Shown in pieces: positions 1 through 12,297 of a stretch of DNA of 64,000 nt; position 1 is the first letter of the stretch; each line of letters begins with the position of its first letter. Made by a program: the position numbers and the translations under genes. The notes under the pieces were generated by a model. That model searched no databases. It was not told where the DNA came from and saw only the letters and a list, made by a program, of their open reading frames with translations. Origin of the DNA: Octopus vulgaris (taxonomy: Eukaryota); NCBI GenBank assembly GCA_951406725.2, contig OX597814.1:79856001-79920000 (forward strand). The letters run 5' to 3'.

Positions 1-234
1 CTATTTCTTTACTACCCACAAGGGGCTAAACACAGAGAGGACAAACAAGGACAGACAAACGGATTAAGTCGATTATATCGACACCAGTACGTAACTGGTA
101 CTTACTTAATCAACCCCGAATGGATGAAAGGCAAAGTCGACCTCGGCGGAATTTGAACTCAGAACGTAACGGCAGACGAAATACCGCTAAACATTTCGCC
201 CGGCGTGCTAAGGATTCTGCCAGCTCGCCACCTT
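1..234 (-). mobile_element. tRNA-derived SINE, family A (full length)
   Basis: The reverse complement matches 54081-54314. It has a pol III A-box-like TGGCAGAA, a B box GAGTTCAAATTCC, the central GTCGACTTTGCCTTTCATCC..GATAAATTAAGTACCAG segment and the 3' end TGTGGGTAGTAAAGAAATAG. Confidence 0.9.
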
Positions 235-2101
235 ACAACAGCCTATAAGATCAATATCTGTTATAGAATTTTTTAATAAAATCTCCAGTTGTTTTGCATT
301 TCCATTATTCAAAGTTAATATTATTTTTTTGTAGTTGTAGCTGGTGCGGTTGTTCTTAACTCCTTGCTTGTTCAAAACATTTTAATAATTTTGTTCTACA
401 TGTCAGTGTCTGTTTCAAGAAATTTAGTTAGCTCTTGTTTCATGCGTTGTGAGTAATATAAAGCATTTCTTTCATAAGTCCTAAACCACTCTGGTAGTTA
501 CAAGGAATTGAGAATGTGTATCATATGTTATGCACGGAGGTCAGGAAAATATGACCAGTGTATCACATAATACACAAGACAAGCAAGTGTTAAGTCTCTC
601 ACCGAGCCTATCCATCAGACATAGGTTCAGAGATCACGCCAGTCTTTTATCTTATTCTTATTTATTTATTTTATTTCAGTGCTAGGAAGATAAGCGACAA
701 TAAAATAAAGAGATGGGGAGCCCTTTCTCCTAGAAGGTCTTCTTGAAGTTAACTTCCATCCGATGAGGCCGCATATGAAAACTCTTTAAAAAAATTAAAT
801 ACAAGCAAATCTGAATAAGCACCTTCAGGGTAAAAATTTTTCTGAAAATTTATTCTAATTTCTGTAGTAAACATAAATGAAAATAACTTTAAACAATTAC
901 ACGTGTAAATACAGAAATATAAACAGCCATTTCTAAAATTTACGATTAGCTAATAAGATATTCTGTACGTGAAAGCAGACCAACAAAAATATACTTCAGC
1001 GCCATAGTTTTCCTTTAAACGTTGTATTTCTTTCTGAAACTGGTTTAGGAGGACGCTGCTACCTATCTCTAATCTCCCGGTTTATCTACAAACAACCAGT
1101 CTGTTTCGAATGGTGCGATGTTTCAAAAACGTTAAGCAATTCTAACGTATCAGTCATTTAAAATCAGTTCACTTTTCACACAGATAGCTGTTTCGAATTT
1201 CAGTGTTCTAGGTCGACCGACTTCTGATCACACCCACCATGATACAAAACAGTTGTCGATAACAAAAGCAGCTCGTAAGGTAATGTGCCAGATAAAGCGG
1301 GTTTCAATATCGGTTCTCCACAGCCACGCTTGTCCGTTTGAAGTAGATAAAATGTTCAACAATATTAACTGTATTTCTTGTGTGTGTGTGTGTGTGTGTG
1401 CTCGTATGTGCGTGTGAGTGCTCTTGTGTGATGCGTGTGTGTGTGTATGTATGCAAAATAGTGAAATATGTGATGTGTGTGTGTATGGGTGCGTATTTGT
1501 GCAAGTGTGTACATATATTTTTAAGAGTGAATAGACAAAATAATTCAGTCACAAAAGTAGCAAATATTTCCTTTATAGAGCGACAACATAGACAAGTAAA
1601 AAAAAGAAACAGTATAAAGTAAATTATATGCATTTTCCTTGAGATTATTAATTGCCTCCGGATACTTCACGGTCCTATTTTTCGAAGACAATTCATTCAA
1701 CAAGGAATACCTGTCGTCAACAAATAGAAATCACATTTGTTACACAAATGCATACGCGTACATAAAGACCTCACAACACACAGACACTCCCCCCTCTCTC
1801 TCTCTCCCATCTCTCTCATTTTCATCTCTGTCATATGCACACACTCAGAAAAGACGAGAGAGAGAGAGAGAGCGGAAGTGAAAGAGAGAGAGACAAAGAT
1901 ACACACAGTCAAAAGGTTTTCAACCTAAATAGATATATAAACGAATATCGAATATAAACAAAAACATACATACATATGATGTTGAAAAATTCCTGTATGT
2001 ATTTATGCTTCTGTGCACACACACTTACACAATCATACACTGTATATAACTTTGAGTATGTGTGTATGTATATAAATATATATATATACACACACACATA
2101 T

Positions 2102-2132
<31 letters not shown>

Positions 2133-2318
2133 CGTTGAAAATTATAAAGAAACAAAAGACGAAGACAGGTGTATGAACAACAAACAAGTACAGTAGTTTG
2201 ACACTCGGAAAATTAAAAAGTCTTTTACATTTCGAGCCTACGCTCTTTAACAGAAAGGAATAAAAGAAAATAAACAGAGAGAGAATGAAAAAAAAACTTG
2301 TAGATTTCGGCGTTCCAT
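2133..2318 (-). mobile_element. solo copy of Penelope-like 3' terminal repeat (pLTR-like)
   Basis: Homologous to 4164-4370 (TTTCGAGCCTACGCTCTT, CAAAAGACGAAGACAGGT). Its 3' end abuts a (TA)n tract. Confidence 0.75.
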
Positions 2319-2689
2319 GCATGCAAGCAAAAAAAAACACAGGCACACATATCAAACCTCCGACGCCCCTGTGAGCGCTGTAATATTTTATATAATGTGG
2401 AAAGTGCACTCTACAAATGATGCCGATTTAAAGTTCACAAGTCACCCAAGACTTGGTATCAGGACCATGCACTCTCCACAAAAATCGAGATCTTAGGAAC
2501 AGGTTGATGAATGGGCTTTCGAGTGTGCTTGTCATTCAATGCCCTGTGATTTGCGAGAGGAAATAAAATCAAAGAATGTCTACAGGAGATTTGGGTTCGT
2601 GTCCCCCAGACAGTCTTAAACTTTTTAAATTCAAAAGTATTTTTCAACCCAATATTTTCGTGGAATTATTTATAGCCGTTTTTACAACG

Positions 2690-2825
2690 GCTGCGAACAG
2701 ACAGAATCGTTAGCACAACGAGTAAAATACTTAGAATATTTCGTCCGCTTTACGTCCTGACGTCAAATTCCGCTGAGGTCGACTTTGCCTTTCATCAATT
2801 GAGCACTGGGATCGAAGTAACCGAG
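2690..2825 (+). mobile_element. SINE family A, degenerate
   Basis: CAGAATCGTTAGCAC...CAAATTCCGCTGAGGTCGACTTTGCCTTTCATC. Confidence 0.75.
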
Positions 2826-3238
2826 TAGTCACCTCACTCAAACCTCTAGTGGAATGGGTTATTTATTGCTTTATGTAGTTCAAGATCCACTCTTCTCAAA
2901 AGGAACTGTGACTTCGAGGATTCGGCCTGCAAGCCTTCTTTGTATTTTTATATATATGTGCGTTTATGTATGTGTGGTTTATGTATAAACACATTTTCAT
3001 ATGTACTCTTCTGAACAATGTAAAACTCATGTTAATTTAGCTCTATGTAATAAAATATGAAACCATAGGACATTTTAAAAGAGAAATTATTCAAACGTCT
3101 ATTCCTAAGAAAGTCTATAACCACATTGAATACATTTATGCACACACATACACACACATACACACGCACAAACACACATACATACACAAACACGCGTATA
3201 TGATTATGTATATATATGTATGTATACATATATATATA

Positions 3239-3393
3239 GGTGCAGGAGTGGCTGCTCAGTAAGTAGCTTGTTTACCAACCACATGGTTCCAGGTTCAATC
3301 CCACTTCGTGGCACCTTGGGCAAGAGTCTTCTACTATAGCCTTGGGCTGACCAACGCCTTGTGAGTGGATTTGGTAGACGGAAACTGAATATG

Positions 3394-3433
<40 letters not shown>

Positions 3434-3652
3434 TGTGTGTGATTGTGTGTCTGTGTTTGTCCCCCTAGCATTGCTTGACAACCGATGCTGGTGTATTTAT
3501 GTCCTCGTTACTTAGCGTTTCGGCAAAACAGAACGATAGAATAAGTACTGGGCTTACAAAAGAATAAGTCCCGGGGTCGAGTTGCTCGATTAAAGGCGGT
3601 GCTCCAGCATGGCCACAGTCAAATGACTGAAACAAGTAAAAGAGTAAAAGAG
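3239..3652 (+). mobile_element. tRNA-derived SINE, family B (CORE-like)
   Basis: tRNA-like head, CORE-like GCACCTTGGGCAAG, internal (TA)n/(TG)n and a (GTAAAAGA)n tail. Nearly identical to 24442-24858. Confidence 0.9.
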
Positions 3653-3801
3653 AGAGAAAGAGAGTATATATTCATTCATATATGCATACATATAATATAT
3701 ACATACATATATATATATATATACATGTATATATATATATATATACATGTATACACACAAACACACGCATATATATGTATTTGTGTGTATGTATGCGTGT
3801 A

Positions 3802-3882
<81 letters not shown>

Positions 3883-4102
3883 AAGGGTGAAATTAATTAA
3901 TTTAGAAATAATCATTAATTTCACGAAGTAGAGTTCGGCATGTAAAAGCCCCATTCAAGGAAGGTTTAAGTAATACTAAGTAATTAAGGGTTTAGCAACG
4001 ATTTGCCTCACCAGACATCGAATTTAGAAATAGCAGTCAAAAAGTTTTGGCTATTCTTTCTACTTAGTAGAAAGAATAGCAAATCGTTGCTAAACCCTTA
4101 AT

Positions 4103-4164
<62 letters not shown>

Positions 4165-4261
4165 CGGGAAGCTTTATGAAAATAAACAAAAGACGAAGGC
4201 AGGTGGAAAACAAACGAACAATTGTATTAGTATGGCGCTCAGGAAATATAAATAAAACAAG

Positions 4262-4299
4262 TCTTTAACGTTTCGAGCCTACGCTCTTCAACAGAAAGA
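4262..4299 (-). ncRNA. minimal type I hammerhead-ribozyme-like motif in PLE terminal repeat
   Basis: Reverse complement UCUUU-CUGUUGA-A-GAGC(GUAG)GCUC-GAAA-CG-UU^AAAGA. Stem I is 5 bp, stem II is 4 bp and stem III is the palindrome ACGU. The core has A6U. Confidence 0.55.
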
Positions 4300-4469
4300 T
4301 ACACAGAGAGAAAAAAACACAGAAAGAAGGAGAGAAAAAAATGCGTGCAGTAGCTAACGAATCAACATGGCGATCTGATTTCGGCCAGAGGTCAAAGATC
4401 AAACATGAGACGCGAGAGCGAAATAAGGGGAGATAATAGGGTTGATAATAGGGTTGAAGGACCAGCTAA

Positions 4470-4531
4470 TAGTGCGTAGGAGGGGTCTGGATGTGTGTAT
4501 GTATAGGGTTGGTGTATGTATTAGTATGTAT

Positions 4532-4568
<37 letters not shown>

Positions 4569-4800
4569 AGAGAGTATTAGTGCGTAGGATTGGTCTGGAC
4601 GTGCGTATGTATGGGGTTGGTGTATGTATTAGTATGTATTAGTATGTATTAGTACGTATTAGTATGTATAAGTGTGTGTGTGTGTGTATGAGAGAGTATA
4701 AGTGCGTATGCGGGGTCTGGACGTGTGTATGTATAGGGTTGGTGTATGTATTAGTATGTATTAGTACGTATTAGTATGTATTAGTTGGTGTATGTATTAG
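4470..4800. repeat. about 110-120 bp tandem repeat, 3 copies, inside PLE 3' region
   Basis: AGTGCGTA..GGTCTGGAYGTGYGTATGTAT.GGGTTGGTGTATGTATTAGTATGTA recurs near 4470, 4579 and 4701. Confidence 0.85.
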
Positions 4801-5758
4801 TATGGCACATCATATGTGATGTGATGTGTAAAGTCGTGTGGTGTAGTGAGGAGAAGAGGGGGAGGGGGAGAAGAGGGGGGAGAGGGGGTGAAGAGGAGGG
4901 GGAGGAGAGGGGGAAGAGGAGAGGAGGGGGGAGAAGGAAGGGGGGAGGGGGATTAAGGAGAAAAGAGGGAGAGGGGGAGAGAGAAGGGGAGAGAGGGAGT
5001 GAGGGAGCAGAGGGAAGGGGAAGAGGGAAGGAGGGAGGGAGAAAGAGGGAAGAAGGGAAGGGGAGTAGGGGTGAAAGGATGAAGGACTGAAGAAGTAGGG
5101 GTCGGGGGGAAAGGATAGGTGAGGAGGGGGAGAGGGGGTTAGATGAGGAGGGGGGAGAGTTGAGACCAAATGGCGTATAAGAGCGAAGAGAGAAAATTAA
5201 TTCCTGTTCACGGCGCAAACGGGAATCCGGATGGCCTCTGTGTAAGGACAAACCGAACACAGATAGGTGTTGCAAGGAGTGACCGGTGGAGCGGAAATGG
5301 CGTGAGACCGGTGTGTCGTTCGCAAGGTGGATGTCACGAAGGTGTTCCGCGAACCGGTCAGCCAAGCGGCGTCCCGTTTGTCCGATGTACAAGGAATTGC
5401 AGAGAGAGCAAGAGATGCAATAGATAATATTGCTGGAGGTGCAGGTGAAGGAGTGGATGATGGGATAGGGTCGATGGTGGGTGCTAGTGAGGCGGGTGGT
5501 GTTGGAGAGGTAAGGGCAAGTGCGGCAACGTGGGCGGGAGCAGGGGAACGAGCCGGGTTGGGAGGTAGGGTCAGGGAAGGAGCTATGGACCAAAAGGTCT
5601 CGAAGGTTGTGGGCTCGTTTGAAAGAGGGGAGGGGTCGGTTAGGGAAGAGGTGTGAAGTGGACGGGTCGGACTGGAGATGACGGAAAGCTCGAAGAATGG
5701 TGCGTTGGAGACGTAGGGTCGTGGGGTGGTAAGTGAGGGGAAAAGGGAGGCGGGAGAC
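4781..5758 (-). CDS. PLE ORF C-terminal fragment: linker plus GIY-YIG endonuclease (RT domain missing)
   Basis: The frame is open from about 5758: PLTYHP..LQSDP..FKRAHNLRDLLVHS..CSRPRCRTC..FTCTSSNIIYCISCSLC..YIGQTGRRLADRFAEH..HF..H..REQELIFSL..PFGLN. These are the typical PLE CxxC and GIY-YIG motifs. Confidence 0.88.
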   Translation of the reverse strand, partial: VSRLPFPLTYHPTTLRLQRTILRAFRHLQSDPSTSHLFPNRPLPSFKRAHNLRDLLVHSSFPDPTSQPGSFPCSRPRCRTCPYLSNTTRLTSTHHRPYPIIHSFTCTSSNIIYCISCSLCNSLYIGQTGRRLADRFAEHLRDIHLANDTPVSRHFRSTGHSLQHLSVFGLSLHRGHPDSRLRREQELIFSLRSYTPFGLNSPPSSSNPLSPSSPILSPRPLLLQSFILSPLLPFPSSLFLPPSFPLPLPSAPSLPLSPSLSPSPSFLLNPPPPFLLPPPLLFPLSSPSSSPPLPPLLPLPLFSSLHHTTLHITSHMMCHTNTYTN

Positions 5759-5819
5759 TACAGACCATATAGTTCAGGAGTGGGACATGAATCTAAATTG
5801 TTTTGCTGAAATTAAATTG

Positions 5820-5993
<174 letters not shown>

Positions 5994-6659
5994 GAGAGAG
6001 AGAGAAAGATCCAAGCATGCATTAGATCCTTGTAAACGTACCATGCTGCCGAAAAATATCCAGTAATCCAATAACAAATGTCATATCCCGTTTTACACCA
6101 TACTGAATTCATAATATTCCTATTCCAAATTAGAATTAAGTTTCAATGTAAGTTTTAGAGCTCCGGTTAGAAATTGGAATTAAAAATTTACAGACACGAG
6201 ATTAAAGTACTATTAAGAATTTAACCTGGTTCTCTCTCGTTACTGCCAGTTTAAGCCCTTATTGTAACATTTGTATGAAGAGAAAATATTTCGTTGACTT
6301 ATTAATACTGCATTGAAAATCTAAGTTTTTTCGGGTTACGAAACGACTGCTATAAGTCGTTCTAATTGGTAAAAATAGCGACCGAATCTCCCTCAAATGA
6401 TATACTTCCATACTTAATGACTAAACATAACATTTCACTAGGATTTCAAAATTTGTATCACCACGGATGCCGCTCAAATCTTCTTTTGAGGACAACACAG
6501 CACGCCAAAAGTTAAAGAGAGAAACGTTGAAGTGAGAAAACAGAAACAGTTTAAAACACAAAGAAGTAATTGATGCGACGCTTATGAATGACGATTTTTA
6601 AAACATGCAAATGTTACTTGGAAGTGGAGAAGTCCACACGCGGTCTGTTGGCGATTTTT

Positions 6660-6825
6660 CCTTCTTTCTCTTTAGACTTTCTTCTTTCCGACGAAGAGCT
6701 ACGCTCTAAACGTTAACAACAACACTCTCCCTTCAAATTAATATATTTCTTGTGCACGTGCACACGTTCGTTTTTTCCCTTTTTTCCTGTTTTTTAATTG
6801 TTTGTTTATTCGAATTGACTATATA
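6660..6825 (+). mobile_element. short pLTR-like element, second subfamily
   Basis: CCGACGAAGAGCTACGCTCTAAACGT with end AATTGACTATATAT. It resembles 49120-49285. Confidence 0.5.
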
Positions 6826-6831
6826 TGTTGT

Positions 6832-7051
6832 CTCTTTTACTCTTTTATTTGTTTCAGTTATTTGACTGCGGCCATGCTGGTGCACCGCCTTTAGTTGAGC
6901 AAATCGACCCCAGAATTTATTCTTTGTAAGCCTAGTACTTATTTTATCGGTCTATTTTGCCGAACCGCTAGGTGACGGGGACATAAACACACCAGCATCG
7001 GTTGTCAAGCAATGTTGGGGCAAACACAGACACACAAGCATACACACACAA

Positions 7052-7082
<31 letters not shown>

Positions 7083-7256
7083 AATATATATATATACACA
7101 TATACGACGAGCTTCTTTCAGTTTCCGTCTACCAAATGCACTCACATGGCTTTGGTCGGCCCGTGGCTATAGTAGAAGACACTTGCCCAAGATGCCACGC
7201 AATGAGACTGAACCCGGAACCATGTGGCCGGTAAGCAAGCTACTTAACAAACAGCC
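6832..7256 (-). mobile_element. SINE family B
   Basis: Reverse complement of the family B consensus along its length. Confidence 0.9.
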
Positions 7257-7260
7257 CCCC

Positions 7261-7300
<40 letters not shown>

Positions 7301-9231
7301 AGCTTCTATTCACTGAAGAATTCAGCTCTTGACTTCCGATCTATGGAATTATCAGAACTAGGCCGTCTTTACTGGCCACTTGTCTATGCTCCACCAGAGT
7401 TGAATTACAGGTAAACCACAATAATATTAACAACAACCATGTGCAGTTACGATAGATATTCCCTTGAAGTTGAACTATCTTCACTCGCCAGAAATTAATA
7501 GTGTTAATTACTCACTTATTGATGCTGGTAAATAAAATTAAACCATCTTATTTGCAAAATTTGGATAAATACATTGGAGCAGTCACCAAAGTCTTAAAGT
7601 GTCTTACGATATTTCTTAGAGAAGAGAGTTTTCAGATGTAATCTTCATAACACTTGCACTGGTACTAACGTCTTATTCCAAATAATTGCTTTCAAATAGG
7701 ATTTGAAAAGAAATGGAAGCATCAATTCTCTAATTCTACCTAGATAATCATCTTGTTTTTAATACATGACCGTGTCCATCATGGTTGCATAACACTGGCC
7801 AGAACTAGTAAAAGAGTTAAACGTTATTGATTTCCTATATTGTCAAAATGTTACACATTTGAAGGTGGTTCAACGGGTGGTGTGTATATTGATTGAATGG
7901 ACACCAGAGTCGCGAAAATCAAACTTGACGGCGGCGGAACTTTAACTGGTATCGATAGAAAGGGTGTGCAGATTTTCGTCTGTCGGTCAATGACTTTTAC
8001 CATTTTACAAGCATATTGATTTCAAATAATTATTGATTGGGTTATGTTGAACACCTAATCAATGGATAATGAAAAAGAAATAAATTGTGTTCGTCAAATA
8101 TATAATTATTAATTGGTTTGCATCAGATAACTAAATCTTCATCAGTTTTAAGTTATCCCCACTAGAAATGGGAACGTATTCAAGCATATAATGATATAAA
8201 TGAGCGTGTTAGTGCAATAACAGCAGCCTAGATCCGCTTCAAACCGCAGTATCTGTAATGTCGCTGATATTAGAGTAATGTTTCTTGCTTGTTCGTTTTA
8301 GACTTTAGACAACACCAGAGGGATTTCTCGACTCCTAATTACTTGGATAATTCCAGTAGATCGAAGGTTTTTAGTTCATTATATTGCATATATAATCATC
8401 TTCCGTAATTGTATTTGTTTTTAGCATGCAAAAGAACCCTTCTGGTATTTCCCATCTGCCATATTGTTGCTTGTTGTTAATTACTTGACGAAGACTTAAG
8501 ATTACATTTTTTTCAACCTTTCAGTGCCGATAAATTAACTCCAGATATTAGAGCAGTAAATTTTCCGTATCAGTAGAGCATCAGAAAAATGTCTTGTGGA
8601 ATTTCTTTCGACTCAAATCTCGCTGAGGTCAACTCCGACTGCAGAGTATATTGGGTGAATGTAATCAACAAACTGTCTCCCTTTAAACTGCTAGTCTTGT
8701 GCCTAAACAAGAAACAATAATTAAAATATGTTATTAAGTCGGTTTGAATCACTATAAGTCTGTATCTTTCATTTAGATATATTAAAATCTTCCAAATCAT
8801 TATAAAAATATTACCTCACCATGTCACTCTCAGATGCAGATAACATAACAAATAACGAAAGAATATCCCAAATAAGCCACATCTTATACAAGCAACACAA
8901 TTCAATAAATTTAAGAAAAAAAACTTAGTTTTATCAGACATAAGTTTCATAATGTTTTATTTTATTGTATATAAAGAAAGAGGTTAAAGACGATAGAGCC
9001 AGTTACTATTAAAAATGAAAGATTTATTAGTACTGGAGATGTATACGATAATCTAGAATCATGTTGATAAACTATCAGAATGATTCTCTAGCACGTGTGC
9101 TTCTTTCGCAGTCTATATTTAACATGATAAATTAATATTCATAAAACTATATTAAGTAGAAAACATACGGTGTTAGCTTTTCAGGAGAAACAATAAGTAA
9201 CCTAATGCTTTCTAAAATAGATACAAAGCCT

Positions 9232-9447
9232 AAGGCAGTGTGTTAGTAGGATCGTTAACATGCTAGGCAAAATAGTTTGCGGCGTTTCGTTTGTCCTTAC
9301 GGTCTGAGTTCAAATTCTTCCGACGTCGACTTTGCCTTTCATCCTTTCGGAATCGATAAAATAAGTAGCAGTTGGACACTTGGGTTGATATAATTGACTT
9401 ACTTCCTCCCCTGAAATTGCTGGCCTTGTGCTAAAATTTGAAACCAA
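9232..9447 (+). mobile_element. SINE family A (variant 3' end)
   Basis: B box GAGTTCAAATT, the family A core and the 3' TGCTGGCCTTGTGCTAAAATTTGAAAC tail. Confidence 0.8.
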
Positions 9448-10315
9448 TATAGATACAAGGCCAAAAATTTGGGTGAAAGCATTAGCCTATGAAATCGAAT
9501 CCAGACTGGAACATTATTTCGCCAATCCTGGGAGCATAAAGGCAGAAAGGATCTCAGTGGAATTTCAATGAAAATGTTATGGGTCGTAACTAGATACTAC
9601 ATGGCATCTTATCTGGTGCTCGAACGATTCTACCGAAATGATTGATTCTTATTCCACTATTGATCTGCTTGTTCTGGTGGGATGATTTGATGTTTAGCAA
9701 CTACAACAACAGCAAAGCTACCAAATATTACTGACTCGTCAAGGAAAAGCAACTGTGACGTGTTATCTTGACCGAATTCAGGTAAATTCCTTCAGTCTAC
9801 CTGATATAAAACATCACGTTTACCAAACAATCCACCGCCATGCTGTATCTAATCAGCTATGGCAGTCATCATTGCTTCTCTAAAAATATTGACAATGGTT
9901 CCTCACACTGACCAGCTGAACCCATTTCAATTTCCATGTTGACAGACATCCTTGTGTCTTACATGCTGTTTATAAACATTTCATTTACATTGCTAAATAT
10001 CTTCAGAACATCATGTACGACACATTTTTCTTCTCAAATACTTTTAGGCTTCATGCCTCATGCCTATATCTCACTTCCAGAAGCATGAGACCATCATGTG
10101 TTTTGATTCTCAAATAGAAATGTTTACTTTGAGAAACAAATACAAATGAAAAGCAAATATTTTACACAGTTTCCTAATTTTTTTCCCTATAATATTGATT
10201 TTTGACACGTTCACAAGACGCCAAATTTAATGAAAGGTAGCCGTCGATTATATCAAGTCTAATATCTATAATAACTACCGGGTATTTTATGTTATCGATC
10301 CGGAATGATAAAATA

Positions 10316-10880
10316 TTGGGTTGTCCGGAAAGTTCGTGCCGATTTTAAAGGAAAGAAAATGATCAATAAATACTTGCCATTACATTTTTAATCAACCAAA
10401 TATGAACCATTGTGTTGTTCAATTCGTCTCCATCTTTCCTATAACTTGAAAATACCCTCTTCCCAGAATTGAGGTGGTTTCATGGCAAAGAATTTATCAA
10501 GGTATCTTTTTACGTCATCTAAGGAATTGAAATTTTTATCATTAAGATTATTCTGCAGATACTTGGATAAGTGGAAATCCGAAAGAGCAATATCTGGTGA
10601 ATATGGAGGGTGGAGTAACACATCCCAGCCGAGCTGCAGCAATTTTTGTCTGGTTCCCAAAGCATCAAGTGCCGAAAATGTATTTTCTTATCTTCCATTT
10701 TAAAGGGTTACAGAATTAACACAGGTTATAGGAACATAAACCTTCTTCCACGAAAAGATAGCTTAAACTGTGCTCTAAATGGAGGTGTAGTCAAATCCTA
10801 TTTTATGGACTTCACCATGTTCTAAAATAAGTCGAAAGATAAGCTACTATAAATCGGCACGAACTTTCCAGACAACCCAA
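10316..10880 (-). mobile_element. internally deleted mariner transposon
   Basis: 30-bp TIRs TTGGGTTGTCYGGAAAGTTCGTGCCGATTT with 1 mismatch and TA on both sides. The ORF 10439-10660 LGWDVLLHPPYSPDIALSDFHL matches the mariner YSPDLAPSD motif. Confidence 0.95.
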
Positions 10881-11421
10881 TATAGAGTTAACTGCAGTAG
10901 GATTTTAATCTCAGAAAGTAATGGGCTGCAACTAAATACAACCAAGAATTCTTCCTAAGTTCTACAGATTCTGTCAAAACAAAACTACATGATGATGTTT
11001 CATATTAACAAAAATACTATCATCTTTATCTCTCTCTTTCCCTTTCCCTTTCCCTCTCTCTCAACCTCTCTTCCCTTTTCTCTCTCCCTCTCTCACACAC
11101 CCACACACACAAACACTCACTCTCTCATCCTTTCTACCGTACGTATTGTATATAAACATTGTATTCACACACGTATGCATATATACACATATATGCATAC
11201 AAACACACACAGGCACATACCTACATACGTATACACATACATATGTACATACATACATATATATACATGCGTACATACATACATCCATACATACATGCAT
11301 ATATATACATACATACATCCATATATATACATACATACATCCATACATACATGCATACACACACATATCTATCTATCTATCTATCTATCCATCTATCTAT
11401 CTATTTCTCTCTCTCTCTCTG

Positions 11422-11468
<47 letters not shown>

Positions 11469-11600
11469 TAGAGAAAAACCACTATTATGTAATTCAAATA
11501 ATGATAGACATAAACCAAATCATTAAAAAATATATAAAAAACATATAACTAGATCACAAAAAGTACAAAAAATGAATAAACAATATATAATAAGTAAACA

Positions 11601-11702
11601 GACTACGTACGTTTCGTGGCTATAACTTCAATTCGAATTACAATTAAATTTAAATTTAATCGAAAAACAATTCAATTTAAAAGTATAATCACTCCTCAAG
11701 TC
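11601..11702 (-). ncRNA. hammerhead-like motif with extended stem II
   Basis: Reverse complement GAC-UUGAGGA-GUGAUUAUA...UAUAGCCAC-GAAA-CGUACG-UA^GUC. Stem III is palindromic. The motif lies in an element ending at (TA)n near 11465. Confidence 0.5.
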
Positions 11703-12019
11703 AACAGCAATAACAATATTAGTTAAATATATATTCAAATAGAATTTAACAATATCTATTAAAGAAATAAAATCATGATTGTTCTTATAGAAGAAACTCC
11801 GTTAACTAAATTTGAACCTTAAAAAGTAGGACCAGATGTCTATAATACATTTATCAAGTTAAAAACCTAAGGTAAAAAAATAGAGTGAATAGAAAGAAAA
11901 ATGTATATATCTGTGAAGATATATTTTAGCTTTGAGATTAACATTAACAAACTATAGAATACCTTCTCACTAGCTATACTCTAATAATGGTGATCATATG
12001 GGATCATATGATTGTTCGT

Positions 12020-12263
12020 TAATTTCCGTGAAATTTTAAAATGTTTATTCTTTGAAGAGAGCAGAAATTGAAAGTGATGAGAAAGTGGAAAGGCGCATTT
12101 GCTTTGATATGAGAAGAGAAAATGAAAGATATATGTACATTTATATCAAATGGGTTTGTGTGGGCATGTATGCGTGTGTGTGTCATGTATGCGGGTGTAT
12201 GTGAGAGAGTGAGTGAAGGTGTGTGTTGTCATGTATGTATTTTCTGCATGTATGTGTAAGTAG

Positions 12264-12297
<34 letters not shown>

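Larger units (their letters stand above)
4164..5765 (-). mobile_element. 5'-truncated Penelope-like retroelement (PLE)
   Basis: A GIY-YIG ORF is followed by a pyrimidine-rich tract, tandem repeats and a terminal repeat with a hammerhead-like motif. The 3' end joins (TA)n. Confidence 0.88.

Noticed and set aside
2440-2650. Possible Tc1 transposase C-terminal remnant (LQEIWVRVPQ)
   Set aside because: Too short and degenerate, with no TIRs found.
4785-5656. Plus-strand ORFs overlapping the PLE
   Set aside because: They are antisense shadows of a GC-rich ORF and purine tract.
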